From Wallemia ichthyophaga EXF-994 (taxonomy: Eukaryota > Fungi > Basidiomycota): 32,000 nt of DNA. The DNA is taken from assembly GCF_000400465.1 (NCBI RefSeq), contig NW_008806276.1:210001-242000 (forward strand), written 5' to 3'. Positions 10,573 through 22,206 of the stretch are shown here, one piece after another. The notes under the pieces were generated by a model that saw nothing but the letters and a program-made list of their open reading frames with translations, searched no databases and had not been told where the DNA came from. Numbering within the stretch: the stretch's first letter is position 1; the number at the start of each line of letters is the position of its first letter. A program made the position numbers and the translations under genes.

Positions 10573-11665
10573 ATGAAAATAGCGATTGATTTCGATGACG
10601 TGATTAGCCAGACGAACAGAGCAATATGCGAGTGGCATAATGTGAGTGATACGCGGGGGGTTAAGGATTGTGCTGATATGTAACAATACAGCGGGTGTAC
10701 GGTACGCAATGGTCGATGGATGAATTCCACTGTAGGTGAAGTGCACTAGTAGCTGGCAGCTAACGGCTAACCAAAATAACTGCAGACTACCACTACTGGT
10801 GTGTGTCTTTCTATCCCTGCTTTTCTCATTTCTCATTTCTCCTTTTTTTCTAAATGACAGGAAAAATCCCGGTTGGGGTACGCCAGCGGAGTGTCAGGAG
10901 AAAGTGCGGGCATTCTACAGTGATCCGAAGGGTCTGCACAGCACGCAGCCCGTCGCCGGTGTCAAAGAAGCTTTATTGGCACTCCAAGCGCAAGGACACG
11001 ATCTGGTGATTGTGACTGCACGCAGTCGCAGCCAGCGCGCAATGACGACAGAGTGGCTAAGTCTGCATCTCGGTGGACTGTTTGATGAGCTCTACTTTGT
11101 CGGTCAGTTTGAGGAGGAAAAGGGGGAGCATTACGGGGAAACAAAGGAGGAGCACGGCGGAGATGGAGAGACGCAGGAGAAGGCGCAGGATCAGACACAG
11201 GACACACTCAAACACACCTCCAAGCACCCCTCCAAAGCTGATATCATCGACGGAATCGATGCTGAGGTGCTCATAGACGATTCGTTGGAGAACGCCTTAG
11301 AATGCGCCAGGCACACGCGCACAAGGGGTGTATTGGCGCGCACACAAACACCTATACGCACCCTTCTCTTTTCGCCACTCCCACCCACACAAAACATCCC
11401 CATCTACCACTATCCGTGGAATGTGGAGGTGTCGCGGGTGGATAATCAGCTCGACCACCTCAGTTATGCTGAGAGGAGGGCGCGCGGATTGAAAACAGGA
11501 GAAAGCAGAGAACCGACTCAGCTGCCTCAGTTTGTAGAGAGAGTCGAGGGCTGGAAGGGTGTTACGCGCTGGTTTGCTCATGCTAATGCTAATACTCATG
11601 CTAACGTTGATGCTCACACCCACCCACACACACACACACAACAACCTATCAAGGTAGAAGCCTAG
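10573..11665 (+). CDS. HAD-superfamily hydrolase, 5'(3')-deoxyribonucleotidase (NT5C)-like, 4 exons including a 13-nt micro-exon
   Basis: Exons 10573-10641, 10692-10731, 10786-10798 and 10861-11665 splice to MKIAIDFDDVISQTN...DEFHYYHYWKNPGWG. HAD motifs DxD, IVTAR and LIDD. Confidence 0.85.
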
Positions 11666-11724
11666 TATAGCGTCATGGAATGTAATTTGTAATGAATTAA
11701 ACACAATACACGCAATGTAATTCC

Positions 11725-12810
11725 TTATACATACCCCTGTAACGCAGCTACCTCTGCATTCATGACAGATGAAGTAGCAGCGCCGATTTGGACGTTATTA
11801 GCGAGAACGACAAACTTGATATCGAAGAGGGCGTCCCCTCTAACGCGACCGACGTTCACACCCGCGCCGTTCTGGTGGTCTCTGTCGAGGCGTGGCTGAG
11901 GTCTATCTTGTTCTTGGTGGACGGTGATGACCTGTTGTGGGGCAGAAGGAGCTCCTACGTGCTGAGCATCGCAGGTGTAAGCCGACAAAGCTTCCATGAC
12001 CTGCTGCGGTGATGGTTTCACCTTAGATGCAAATTTTACACCTGCACACACAGTGTGACCATCGATCACAGGCACGCGGTTGCACGTAGCTGAGACTGTG
12101 AGCGGGGATTGTGCGTGGTAGTCGAATGCATCATTTTGCGCGCTCACCCCACCGAGGATCTTGTACGTCTCCCACTCCATCTTGTCCTCCTCGCTGCCAA
12201 TGTATGGGACGACATTGTCGAGTATGTCGAGACTAGGAAGACCGGGGTAGCCACTGCCGGAGATAGCCTGGAGAGTTGTGGCTTGGACTTGCTCAAGTGG
12301 ACCGAACGCCTTTTCGAGTGCGGCGAGCGGGACAACGAGGGCTGTAGTGGAGCAGTTGGCGTTGGCGACAATGTAGCCTTTAGTGAGACCCAAAGACTTC
12401 TGCTGGGCTGGCAACACGCTGTAGTGGGAAGTGTTTATGAGTGGAACAACGAGCGGTACGAGTGGATCGCGGCGGTAGTTCTTAGCGTTGGAAAACACAG
12501 CAACGTGTGCATTTCTAAGGGCATCTTCAATTGGGCCAGCGACGTCGTGATCGAGACCAGAGAAAACGATGTCACATTGTTGGAAGTGCTCGACGGTACA
12601 TTCCTCAACTTGCATACGCTGTACACTCTCTGGAATTTGTTTAACTTGCTTCCATTTGGTTACGTCTCTATACGCCTTCCCCGCAGAGCGTGAGCTGGCA
12701 CCCAAAGCCACAAGCTTAAAGAAAGGATGATTGTGTAAATGAAGTATAAATCTCTGTCCCACTGTCCCCGTAGCACCAAGTACACCAACTTTGTATTCTC
12801 CCTTTAACAT
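11725..12810 (-). CDS. HOM2: Aspartate-semialdehyde dehydrogenase, intronless
   Basis: Rossmann motif GVLGATGTVGQRF, catalytic NANCST, QAISGSGYPG, CNRVPVIDGH and RPQPRLDRD. Confidence 0.96.
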   Translation of the reverse strand: MLKGEYKVGVLGATGTVGQRFILHLHNHPFFKLVALGASSRSAGKAYRDVTKWKQVKQIPESVQRMQVEECTVEHFQQCDIVFSGLDHDVAGPIEDALRNAHVAVFSNAKNYRRDPLVPLVVPLINTSHYSVLPAQQKSLGLTKGYIVANANCSTTALVVPLAALEKAFGPLEQVQATTLQAISGSGYPGLPSLDILDNVVPYIGSEEDKMEWETYKILGGVSAQNDAFDYHAQSPLTVSATCNRVPVIDGHTVCAGVKFASKVKPSPQQVMEALSAYTCDAQHVGAPSAPQQVITVHQEQDRPQPRLDRDHQNGAGVNVGRVRGDALFDIKFVVLANNVQIGAATSSVMNAEVAALQGYV

Positions 12811-12877
12811 TTCAATATTCGTTGGCTGATTTGACGCGAGAAATCTTCTTCCCCCTCAACCACCAAACGATCACATA
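12811..12877. promoter_or_regulatory. 67-nt bidirectional spacer HOM2/SAM synthetase
   Basis: Divergent ATGs at 12810 (-) and 12878 (+). Confidence 0.65.
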
Positions 12878-14160
12878 ATGCCAGCCGCAGTGACTCACCA
12901 AGCCAACAAAACTCTCCCAGACGGTCATTTCCTCTTTACTTCTGGTGCGTCTATTCCCACCTATAACATTCTTCTCATTCCCCTTTAGAATCCGTCGGTG
13001 AAGGTCACCCAGACAAGATTTGCGATCAAGTTTCAGACGCTATTCTTGACGCTTGCCTGAGAGAAGACCCTTTCTCAAAGGTTGCATGCGAAACTGCTGC
13101 CAAGACTGGTATGATTATGGTCTCTCTTTTTTTTTCTTAGGTTTTTCACTCCTCACACACCATACAGGTCTTTGGTGAAATCACAACCAAGGCACACGTT
13201 GACTACCAATCTGTTATTCGCCAAACCATCAAGGAAATCGGCTACGATGATTCTGAAAAGGGCTTTGATTACAAGACATGTAACGTCCTTGTAGCTATCG
13301 AGCAACAGTCCCCAGATATCGCCCAAGGTCTTGACCACGGTGCGCTCGAGAACCTCGGTGCAGGTGATCAGGGTATTATGTTCGGTTATGCTACCGACGA
13401 GACACCTGAGTGTATGCCATTGACCATCTCACTCGCCCACAAACTCAACCAGGCGTTGGCTGTAGCACGTCGCACCGGTCAGCTTCCATGGGTTCGTCCA
13501 GACACCAAGACACAAGTCACGGTCGAGTACAAGAAGGAAGGCGGTGCAGTGATCCCAAAGCGCGTAGACACAGTCGTCGCCTCGCTTCAACACAGCGACG
13601 ATATCTCCACCGAGCAATTGCGCACAGAAGTTCTCGAGAAGATTATCAAACAGGTTATTCCCGCTGACCTCCTCGACGAGCACACCATCTACCACATTCA
13701 ACCATCCGGTCGCTTCGTCATTGGTGGTCCACAAGGTGACGCTGGTCTTACCGGCCGCAAGATCATTGTAGACACTTACGGTGGCTGGGGTGCACACGGT
13801 GGTGGTGCATTCTCTGGTAAGGATTTCTCCAAGGTAGACAGATCTGCCGCGTACACGGGTAGATGGATAGCCAAATCACTCGTCAAGGCTGGCCTCGTGC
13901 AGCGCTGTCTTGTGCAGTTGTCCTATGCTATCGGTGTGGCTGAGCCCCTCTCCGTCTTTGTCGACTCGTACAGCACCGCCAAGCAAGGTCACAGCGATGC
14001 ACAGCTCGTCGAAATTGTTAGAAATAACTTCAACCTCAAGCCAGGTGTTATCGTTAAAGCTCTCAACCTCCAACGCCCTATCTACAACGAGACGGCTAAA
14101 TATGGTCACTTCGGTCACCAAGGCGACTCATGGGAACAGCCTGCCGAGATCAAGTACTAG
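12878..14160 (+). CDS. SAM1: S-adenosylmethionine synthetase, 3 exons
   Basis: Introns 12945-12988 and 13120-13167 give [77 protein letters not shown] and KYGHFG. SAM1 versus SAM2 naming is arbitrary. Confidence 0.97.
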
Positions 14161-14679
14161 AGTGTCACATAAGGATTCAACCTCCCGTTTAAAAACACCA
14201 ACACCGTTCCATAGAAAGCTTACATATCCCTCCCCTTTCTTTCCTTCTTTGACTTGATTGTAAACATTGTACTTATAAACGTTCAACCGTGCTATCTTTG
14301 TGGTGTGCTAGTTGCCTGCCTAGAGAAGCTGCAGATTGCTTCCACTTTATTATGTATTTTCAGATTTTAAGCATCGTAGTAATTTTGTGTATGAGGGACA
14401 AACTTGCACTTAAAAATGTCTCCTTCAGCTAAAAGCTCCAATTCATTCGCGTTGATAGATGACATTTTCAAGGCTTTTAGGGCATATTGTCTAATCGAAC
14501 CACTGACATGTAATTTGATAGACATTGCAGAAAATAATCAGATTTCAAGCGAATTTGTTGTGAAAGTTAAAGATGTATCCAATAAAACTAATTTAGCTGC
14601 TAAGGATTTAGCAGCCGAAAATTAAGATAAAATTTTTTGGTGTTCGTAAATTACATTGGTCACTGAGATAACAAGGCAG

Positions 14680-16419
14680 CTAAGCATCTAAGCTGTCCAA
14701 CTGCTGTATAAACTGATGGAGGAAGGACATTGACTGGATATGAGCATCTTTATGTACGCGTTCATTGACAGTGTGTCTGTGGTGTGGTTGGTTAGATGTG
14801 AAAATCGATCAAGCTCGAACGCACATGTCCTTGGTCAAACTCGCATCGAAAGCCTCAAAGCGGAAGATATTCCTTGTGAGACGCCAATAATGGCGAGTGT
14901 CAGTATTACCGGCCATGAGATGAGGGCTGACGACGAGATCACCACCGAAGACATTCCTGAGAGAACCTACGAGTGTATCCCACACGTGACCACTCGTTGG
15001 TGTGTTGGGCGCGGGGTCGAGGGGGCTACCGAACACCTCCACCTGCACTGTACCGACGCCAAGTTCCGCGTCACCGACCAGCTTCCCGTCGAAACCCACA
15101 AAAGCCATCCCGAGCTCCTCAGCGTAGGGTTGTAGGAGGGATGTGAGATGCTCCTTCAAGCCGTGCACACTCCCCGCGACATCTATGCGCTGGTTGAAGA
15201 CAGCGGACGCGACTTCCGGGAGTGCGTTAACCTTGACTCCCCCCGCAATGAGATCAGCAGCCTGACTCGTCTGGATGAGGTAGCGGTCGCGCACATCGTG
15301 CTCTGCCACAGTGCGCGCTGCCTCCCCCCACAGACGCGTATTGGGAAGCTGTTGGCGTAAATGGGGATCAATCGCATCGAGCGATGCGGGGGAGTGTTCG
15401 AGCAGACACTGCAGATGTGTTGTGAAGGGGTTCTCCACGGCGAGGTGGGGTGCATGGGGATGTGCCTCCATGTGTGCTATTAGCTGTGCGAGGTATCCGA
15501 TAGACGTGTGGGGAGGTGGGATTGAGGAGTGGCCCCCGCGCGTCGCCACTGACACCTTCACATCTAAATACCCCTTCTCCTTCACGGCTGGAAGGGCAAA
15601 GGGGGTGGAGTGGCTGTGCAGGTCTAGCAAACCACCTTCGTCGAGCACTGCAATAGCGATATCACTGTCACTGTCACTAGTGGCGTACTTGTCGTGAATG
15701 CGCTCGCTAAGGTGCTTCGCACCCCGAGGGCCGCTTATTTCTTCATCGAAGCCGAACGACAGGATGATAGTGCGGCGTGGAGTAAACCCGGCATTAATGA
15801 GACCCTCAATTACTTCATAGATAGACAGGAGGAGGTTCTTGCAGTCGCCAGCGCCGCGGCCGTGCACCCAGCCATCGGGATCGATGTGACCCGAGAAGGG
15901 AGGCGCATCCCATCTGTCGACGGAGGTGGGGTCTACAGGTACGACATCCGCGTGCGCCATCAGAATAAGTGGTTTGAGGGACGCATCACTCCCGCGCCAT
16001 TCGTAGAGATTGCCATAATGGTTCACTGTCTCGTGAGAGAGCGTGGCATGGACTGCAGGGAAAGCGCGCTGGAGGAAGGCGTAAAAAGGCGGGAAAGTGT
16101 CGTAGCGTGTGTCGTTGCCGGGCTCGCGGAAATCGTCGTAGGAAATTGTCGGATAAGTGACACTCTCGCTCCAGCGCTCGATACTGCCATCAGGAACGCG
16201 GAAAGGGATAGCAGGGGAAGGGAGTGATGGTGCCTGTGCTGGACATTGAATCGGACTATCTGCTGCTGCTTTATCCGCCGAAGAATTGGAAAATAGCAGC
16301 GCGATGCGTGAGATGAGGTAAAGCGAGAGAATGACGCCAGCGATGAGAGGTCTCTTCCATCTGCTAGAATACGCTGCTGCTGCCGCTGCTGGGCGCGGAA
16401 GCGATTGCTTATCGGACAT
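14680..16419 (-). CDS. CPS1: Peptidase M20 Gly-Xaa carboxypeptidase (Cps1-like), type II membrane anchor, 2 exons
   Basis: First ATG at 16419 (MSDKQ). Hydrophobic segment PLIAGVILSLYLISRIALLF. Metal-ligand motifs MAHADVVP, GRGAGDCK, FDEE and LDEG. Intron 14824-14777 supplies the terminal IHTVNER. TAG at 14682-14680. Confidence 0.9.
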
Positions 16420-16479
16420 GGTGGTAGTGGAGATACCATCAATCACATCATCCAATTGCACAAGTTATTCATAATAAAT

Positions 16480-18085
16480 CAGCGGCAAAAATACTGTGAT
16501 TTATGCTGTATCACGTATTCATTTCAATCGTGGGCTCATTCATCACTCAGGAATTTCCACTTTGAGGCTTTCGATGGGAGTTTGACGCAGGTGGACAGCT
16601 TAGAGGCTGAGCATAACGGTCATCTTAGTATTTCCCTTGCAAATGAATTATGAAATGACTTCAAGAATTGTGGACTAGTTGCTTTCAAGGGGCGCATATA
16701 TAAGACCTTGATGACAAACAAGGGTTTCTCTACCTTATTAGAAAACATCAACAAAATTCTCGATTCCTCAATTAGCACTGGGATATCCGACTTTGATTTG
16801 TTTGAAAAGCATTGTGCGTATAAGTCTCACTCACTTCTTCGTTATAGAGACCAGCTCAATGACAAGGATTGATCATGGCTAAGAATCGAGAATTATGTGG
16901 CCAACAGTTATCATGCCCAAGACACAATCACTCAATCTTCTGGCTAGTCTCATTGCAACATATGAATAGAGTGTTTTGACTTTCAGCTACCATTTCTTCG
17001 ACGACTACGTAAATTATATCTTGGATACTTCTTTCACTTTCTTATCGTCCTTTGTTGTAAAACGTTCATTTTCTATCATAATGATTGACCACTCCGCATC
17101 AGTTCATGGAATTCATACTCGTTTTGAAGCAGGTACATGGCAATTTGTCCTTCTTAAACTTAACCGATTTATTACATGCTACTTCCCATCATTCATGCGC
17201 GTCCATTAATGTGGCTCGAGATGAAGGTGTGGAGCAGCGCCACGATGTTTGCTTAAGCTGTTAAAAAGTCATCAATGAACGGACACGAATGAATCAAGTA
17301 ATGTGTCAGAGAAATCTGTCAAATGCGTAGGTATATGGGATTTATGTTATGAATATTTGTAACATTTTCACTAACATCGGAAACATAGAAATGTATCGCG
17401 CGAAAGCAATCGAGACTGAAAATAATCTATCTGATAATATTCATCTGATTAATTTTCAGCTTGATACACGCCTTGAATACCTCTCCTGACGTCCGCAGGG
17501 GCCTGGATGAGGTGGAGTTGTTTTTATAGGAGATCGAACATTGGCAGGTGATCAAGAAATCAGGGGACTTATTTCGGTGGTCGCCAATAGGTTAAACTCA
17601 GATCAAGCGCTAATAATCTATATCTGCATATCTTATAGGTGACTCGGTTCCTGCATTTTCATTTCGATGCCGATGTCTCAATACTTCAGACTGTATCAGC
17701 TTTCACGAGCAGCTTTATTAATTACATAGGTAATTCTAATTTAGCCCCGACCATCACTCACTATGTTCAATCAAAGATAAGACTTTATACCATTGGTATT
17801 GTCAGGGCTCGTTTAGTAGATACCAGGGTGTCCTGAGACTTTATCCTAGTATTTGAGCTCTTTTTCAACAAATTATCCATCAACAGTATCCAAATTGCCC
17901 AGATCGCTCTGATACCCGACCAAATGAACACATTATTAAACTCTAGTTCTAATTTCATAGGCTTTCAAGACTCTCGAATAAACTCTTTAACAGATATTTG
18001 TTCAGATGGCACTTACTTAGATGCTCATTCGCTTAGCTATCCAACGGCTGTTGACAAATATCAAGTTATTAATATCTCGAAATAA
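16480..18085 (+). pseudogene. AT-rich probable gene relic of unknown family, with frames interrupted mostly by TGA
   Basis: Three long plus-strand stretches with no TAA/TAG but 2, 3 and 1 TGA. One well-formed, phase-compatible intron at 17331-17388 (GTATAT..ACTAAC..CATAG). No homology recognised. Confidence 0.35.
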
Positions 18086-18463
18086 ACGCATTGATAGACA
18101 GAATTAGCCTAGCTGTAGACATATTTCCCCCATCCGACAATAAGCGATTTACTCATCTAAAATATCCAAACGAAGGTTATGTATACATATAAGTAGAGGT
18201 GTACAAGTATTATGGTCCATCCATTCTAGTCCTTCCTGGTACCAGAAATGAGTGTTACAGATGAGATTTTTTTTGATTAATAGACGCGTCATTTTCCCAA
18301 TGACTAGCGACTGAAACTTGAAGACTTGATAGAAAAGAAAAATAAAAGCGTATCGTCCATTTCAAGAAGACTCCAAGAATCCAAGACTCTATCGGATGTA
18401 CGTCGTTGAAGCGTGAGTAAACATAAATTGTTCATAATTTGCAATTACTTATCGTGCAGCCAT

Positions 18464-19890
18464 CTAAATGGACAATGCAATAATAGTGGTGAGAGTAATT
18501 GCAATAGGGAGGATGAAGGCTGGTTGGTAGCTAGATGGAGCGGCGGATTCGCCGAAGCTGTCAGCATCGCCTACAGTCTGAGACGGCACTGTGCCAGCTT
18601 CAGTTTGGCTAGCCTTTGCATTTTCTGAAAGTTCCGCAAAACCGACAGCTGGTGGAGAGTATCTGAAGACAGTGTAGTAGTTCTTCATGAACGTGTCACC
18701 GAGGACCCACTCGAGACGGTTGTCAGTACCTTGAGTAGAACCAGAGCTGAGTGCAAATATTGCACCCTGGCAAGTCCCGTCGCTAGACTCGTTAAATTTG
18801 AGATCTTCAGGGTTGACTGCGTAAGGTGTACCATCGATTACAATCTCAATATTGGGATTCGTGGTGCAAGGGTAGAACCAATAGCCTTGGTAGTTGCCAG
18901 TGCCCTCTTGTGCGCCTTCAACAGCCTCCCAGATCTTTGCAATGTCGTCGTGAGGACCGCCGATGAGGGTAGTACCAGAATCAACACCTGCGCCGACAGT
19001 GATAGACGGGGAAAAAGCAGTAGAACCATCGACATTAATAGCGGTCATTTTAACTCTCCACCAGTCTTCACCCAAAATGCTGTGGTAAGAGACGTTGCCT
19101 GTGTAGAGCGAGTCGTCGAGTTCACCTAGAGTGAAGACACCGCCGGGTTCCAAAGACTGAGCCTGTCTGTTGGAACGCATACGTGTGAGATAGAATGACA
19201 TGGTATGGTCATCGCTGATCTGGCCATTCTGGACGAGTTGCTCCCAGAAAGGAGTACCGACATCTTGGGACAATTTGGCCCAAGCGAGACCCATGATACC
19301 CGAGACAGGAGCAGAAATGAGAGACGAGGTGACCTGATCGACGATGGCCAATGGGGAAGACGAGAGTTTGTAAGCGCCCAATTGAACGTCATCGGTAGCA
19401 TCGTAACCAAAAGCCTGTCCGGAGCCGTAAGTGACGGAGAATCCGTCCGTCCTGTTCTCAAAAGTGCTGCTGGTTTCGGGATCGTAGCCATTTCCAAACT
19501 TACCTTCCTCGGCGTCCGAGAGAGCCGAGTCGATGATCCACAGAGCCGAGGAGCCCGTATCTAGAATGACTTGGAACGTCTGCTGCGGGGTGCCGATGCC
19601 GATAGTCGCGTAGTAAGCGCTGTTGAATGATTAGATTATGTCATATGTGATCAATAACCCTAGACTCACGCATCGATATTTTGGTTTGTGAGTGCGATAA
19701 TTGATCTGGTGGACATTCTCTCGCGGCCGAGAAGCAATGGATGGCCGTACTTAGCACGCTGCTTGAGGCCTTGAGCGTATGCCCATTCCTGTGTGTCTGA
19801 ATTGCGTATGGAGTGGTAGATTGGGAGAGAGACGCTGCTAGCGAGCGCGACTGCAATCTCTGCAGCCAAAATTATTATTTTCAACAACAT
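18464..19890 (-). CDS. Secreted pepsin-family (A1) aspartic protease with a GPI-anchor-like C-terminus, 2 exons
   Basis: Signal peptide MLLKIIILAAEIAVALA. Intron 19669-19620. YYATIGIGTPQQTFQVILDTGSS (first catalytic Asp), YGSG flap, GVDSGTT (second Asp), WVLGDTFMKNYYTVF, then a Ser/Ala stalk and hydrophobic tail. Confidence 0.93.
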
Positions 19891-20368
19891 GGTCGTTGTG
19901 GGTCAAGGAACAATGATTACGCTGCTGTGTAACTGTGCCCAGGCTTTCCGCCGAATTTCTGTGGATCACAAGAGCCGAGATATTGGAGTTATGGCTAAAA
20001 ATATGCTAAAATTTCGTTATCGATTTTAGATATTTATACTTTCCTTCCGCAGCTGGTCAAGCATACTTAATTACTCAGTGCCTGTGCGAAGTGCTTGTCG
20101 TTGTACCTCGATTCATTCTAGAGACGGAAATTTGAAGGAAAATGGCCCCGTTTTGATCTCTTTCATATTCCACTACCCACACCGGTCCACTAATTGTCTA
20201 GTTTACTCGGCTGCGGCGTCAAAATTTTATACTACCCATCTAGCACTAGAATCGATATTAGCATGGCTATACAACTCCAAATATACTCATACTCCAAATA
20301 AATCTCTAATATCCACCCAGATAGTGCCATCCCTCTATCATCTCAACCATCATCATCTAAATTACAAG

Positions 20369-22206
20369 ATGGTACTAGCAGGACTCGGAAGGCAGCTGAA
20401 TACAGCGTTGAACTCATTCAGCAAGGCTAGCGTTGTTGATGAGAAGGTGAATAGCCCCCTTGCTTTCATTCCACTCTCCTCACACTCCTCCAGACACTCG
20501 ACGCACTTCTCAAGGAAATCTCAAAGGCCTTACTCGAATCTGACATCAACGTCAAGCTTGTAGGTAACCTACGCAACCACGTCAAGACCCGCGCTTTGAA
20601 GGAGATCAAGGAAGCCAATGCTAGCACAAATCACCAAAAGTCAAAGCAGATTGTACACAAGGTGCGTTAGGCATAGAATGCGCGTTTGGCTATAAGCTAA
20701 CATCCACAGGCTATCTTTGATCAACTCGTCGCTCTCGTTGACCCACAGGAAGACCCTTACAAGCCAACGAAAGGGAAAACTAACATTATCATGGCTGTTG
20801 GTTTACAGGGTGCCGGTAAGACCACATCCTGCACTAAACTCGCAGTCCACTACCAAAAGAAGGGCTTCAAAGTAGCTCTTGTGTGCGCAGATACCTTCAG
20901 AGCTGGTGCATTCGACCAACTCAAGCAAAACGCTACAAAGGCTAAAATACCCTTCTACGGCTCTTACACTGAAACTGATCCCGTAGCAATCTCAGTAGCT
21001 GGTGTTCAACAATTTAAAAAGTCAAAATTCGACGTCATCATTGTTGATACCTCTGGTAGACATAAGCAGGAGGAGGATTTATTCGAAGAGATGGTAATGA
21101 TTAGCCAGGCTGTCAAACCTCAAATGACGGTACTCGTTATGGACGGTGCGATGGGTCAGGCTGCTGAATCTCAAGCTAGCGCTTTCAAGCAGAGTTCCGA
21201 TTTTGGTGCAATCATTGTCACTAAAATGGATGGTCACGCTAAAGGTGGTGGTGCTATCTCTGCAGTCGCTGCTACTCAAACACCTATCATTTTCATCGGT
21301 ACTGGTGAGAATTTGCACGATATAGATACCTTTAGACCTCGTCCATTTGTTCAACAGCTACTCGGTATGGGTGATATGCAGGGATTGATGGAGCAAGTTC
21401 AGGATGTAGCCATGTCCGACCCCGACAAACAAAAGGAACTCGCTAAGAAGTTTGAGCAAGGCAGCCTGAGTATCAGAGACTGGTCTGAACAGATTAAGAA
21501 TGTAACTAAACTAGGACCTATCAGTAAGATAGCAGGTATGATACCGGGACTCAACGCCGACATGATTGGACAAGGTGGTGACGATGAGGCTAGCAAGAGG
21601 ATAAAAAGAATGCTCTTCATCACCGATAGTATGACGGTGAAGGAGATGGATAGTGATGGTTCAATCTTCCTGCGCAAAGGCACGGATGGGAAATATGTTG
21701 GAATGAGCAAGCGTGCACTTCGAGTTGCCAGGGGATCAGGTACTAGTGTACGCGAAGTTGAAGAACTGTTGGTGCAATATACGATGATGAAGAGCGGTAT
21801 CCTCAACATGATGAAAGGGCAAGCGGGTGGAGCTGGTGGAATGAAACCAGGTCAGCCGGGTATGCCATCGAGAGATCAGGTACAACAGATGCAAAAGATG
21901 ATGCCACCACAATTACTTCAAAAGCTGAAGAGTGGAGGTGGACCTGAGATACTACAGCAGCTGCAACGCGGACAGATTCCAAAAGGAATGGATCCAGAAA
22001 TGATGGAAAAGATGGCACAACAGATGGGAATGAATCCAAATGCGATGGGCGGCGGTGGTGGAGGTATGCCACAGTTGCCTGGAATGCCACAGATGCCACA
22101 GATGCCACAGATGCCTGGAATGGGTGGCGCAGGTGGATTCAATCCAGCATCTATGCTCGGCGGAATGGATTTCTCGAAGATGGCAGGCATGTTCGGTGGT
22201 AAATAG
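20369..22206 (+). CDS. SRP54: Signal recognition particle subunit Srp54, 3 exons
   Basis: Introns 20447-20493 and 20662-20709. GTPase motifs [22 protein letters not shown] and [12 protein letters not shown] domain with RVARGSGT and a Met/Gly/Gln tail. Confidence 0.97.
22084..22110 (+). repeat. (ATGCCACAG)x3, MPQ repeat in the SRP54 tail
   Basis: Three exact 9-nt units, with a fourth copy at 22066-22074. Confidence 0.85.

Noticed and set aside
13161-13175. METTL16 consensus site at the SAM intron 2 acceptor
   Set aside because: Only UACAG matches. The following bases are GUCU rather than ARAA, and TACAG is a common acceptor in this window.
14596-14615. 8-bp inverted repeat GCTGCTAA-GGAT-TTAGCAGC
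   Set aside because: A single short hairpin with no context, within chance expectation for 32 kb.
14404-14625. 73-aa ORF in the convergent SAM/CPS1 gap
   Set aside because: The listed start is TTG (first ATG gives 69 aa), it has no motif or splice support, and such a length can occur by chance. Not excluded as a small relic.
14680-16419. CPS1 as a horizontally acquired GC-rich island between AT-rich flanks
   Set aside because: It has a spliceosomal intron and a fungal Cps1-type membrane anchor, and RNA14 and HOM2 exons are similarly GC-rich by eye.
16420-16461. ORF-track N-termini from GTG/TTG starts (16461, 9076, 10736, 4536, 19381, 28337)
   Set aside because: These are artefacts of prokaryote-style start calling. 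The true starts are ATGs, usually in upstream exons joined by canonical introns.
16651-17836. Selenocysteine reading of the in-frame TGAs
   Set aside because: Dikarya lack the Sec machinery, there is no redox-motif context, and no SECIS-like element was seen.
20078-20563. 161-aa ORF upstream of and overlapping SRP54 exon 1
   Set aside because: It starts at GTG and runs through promoter, exon 1 and intron 1. The conserved SRP54 start MVLAGLG is at 20369.
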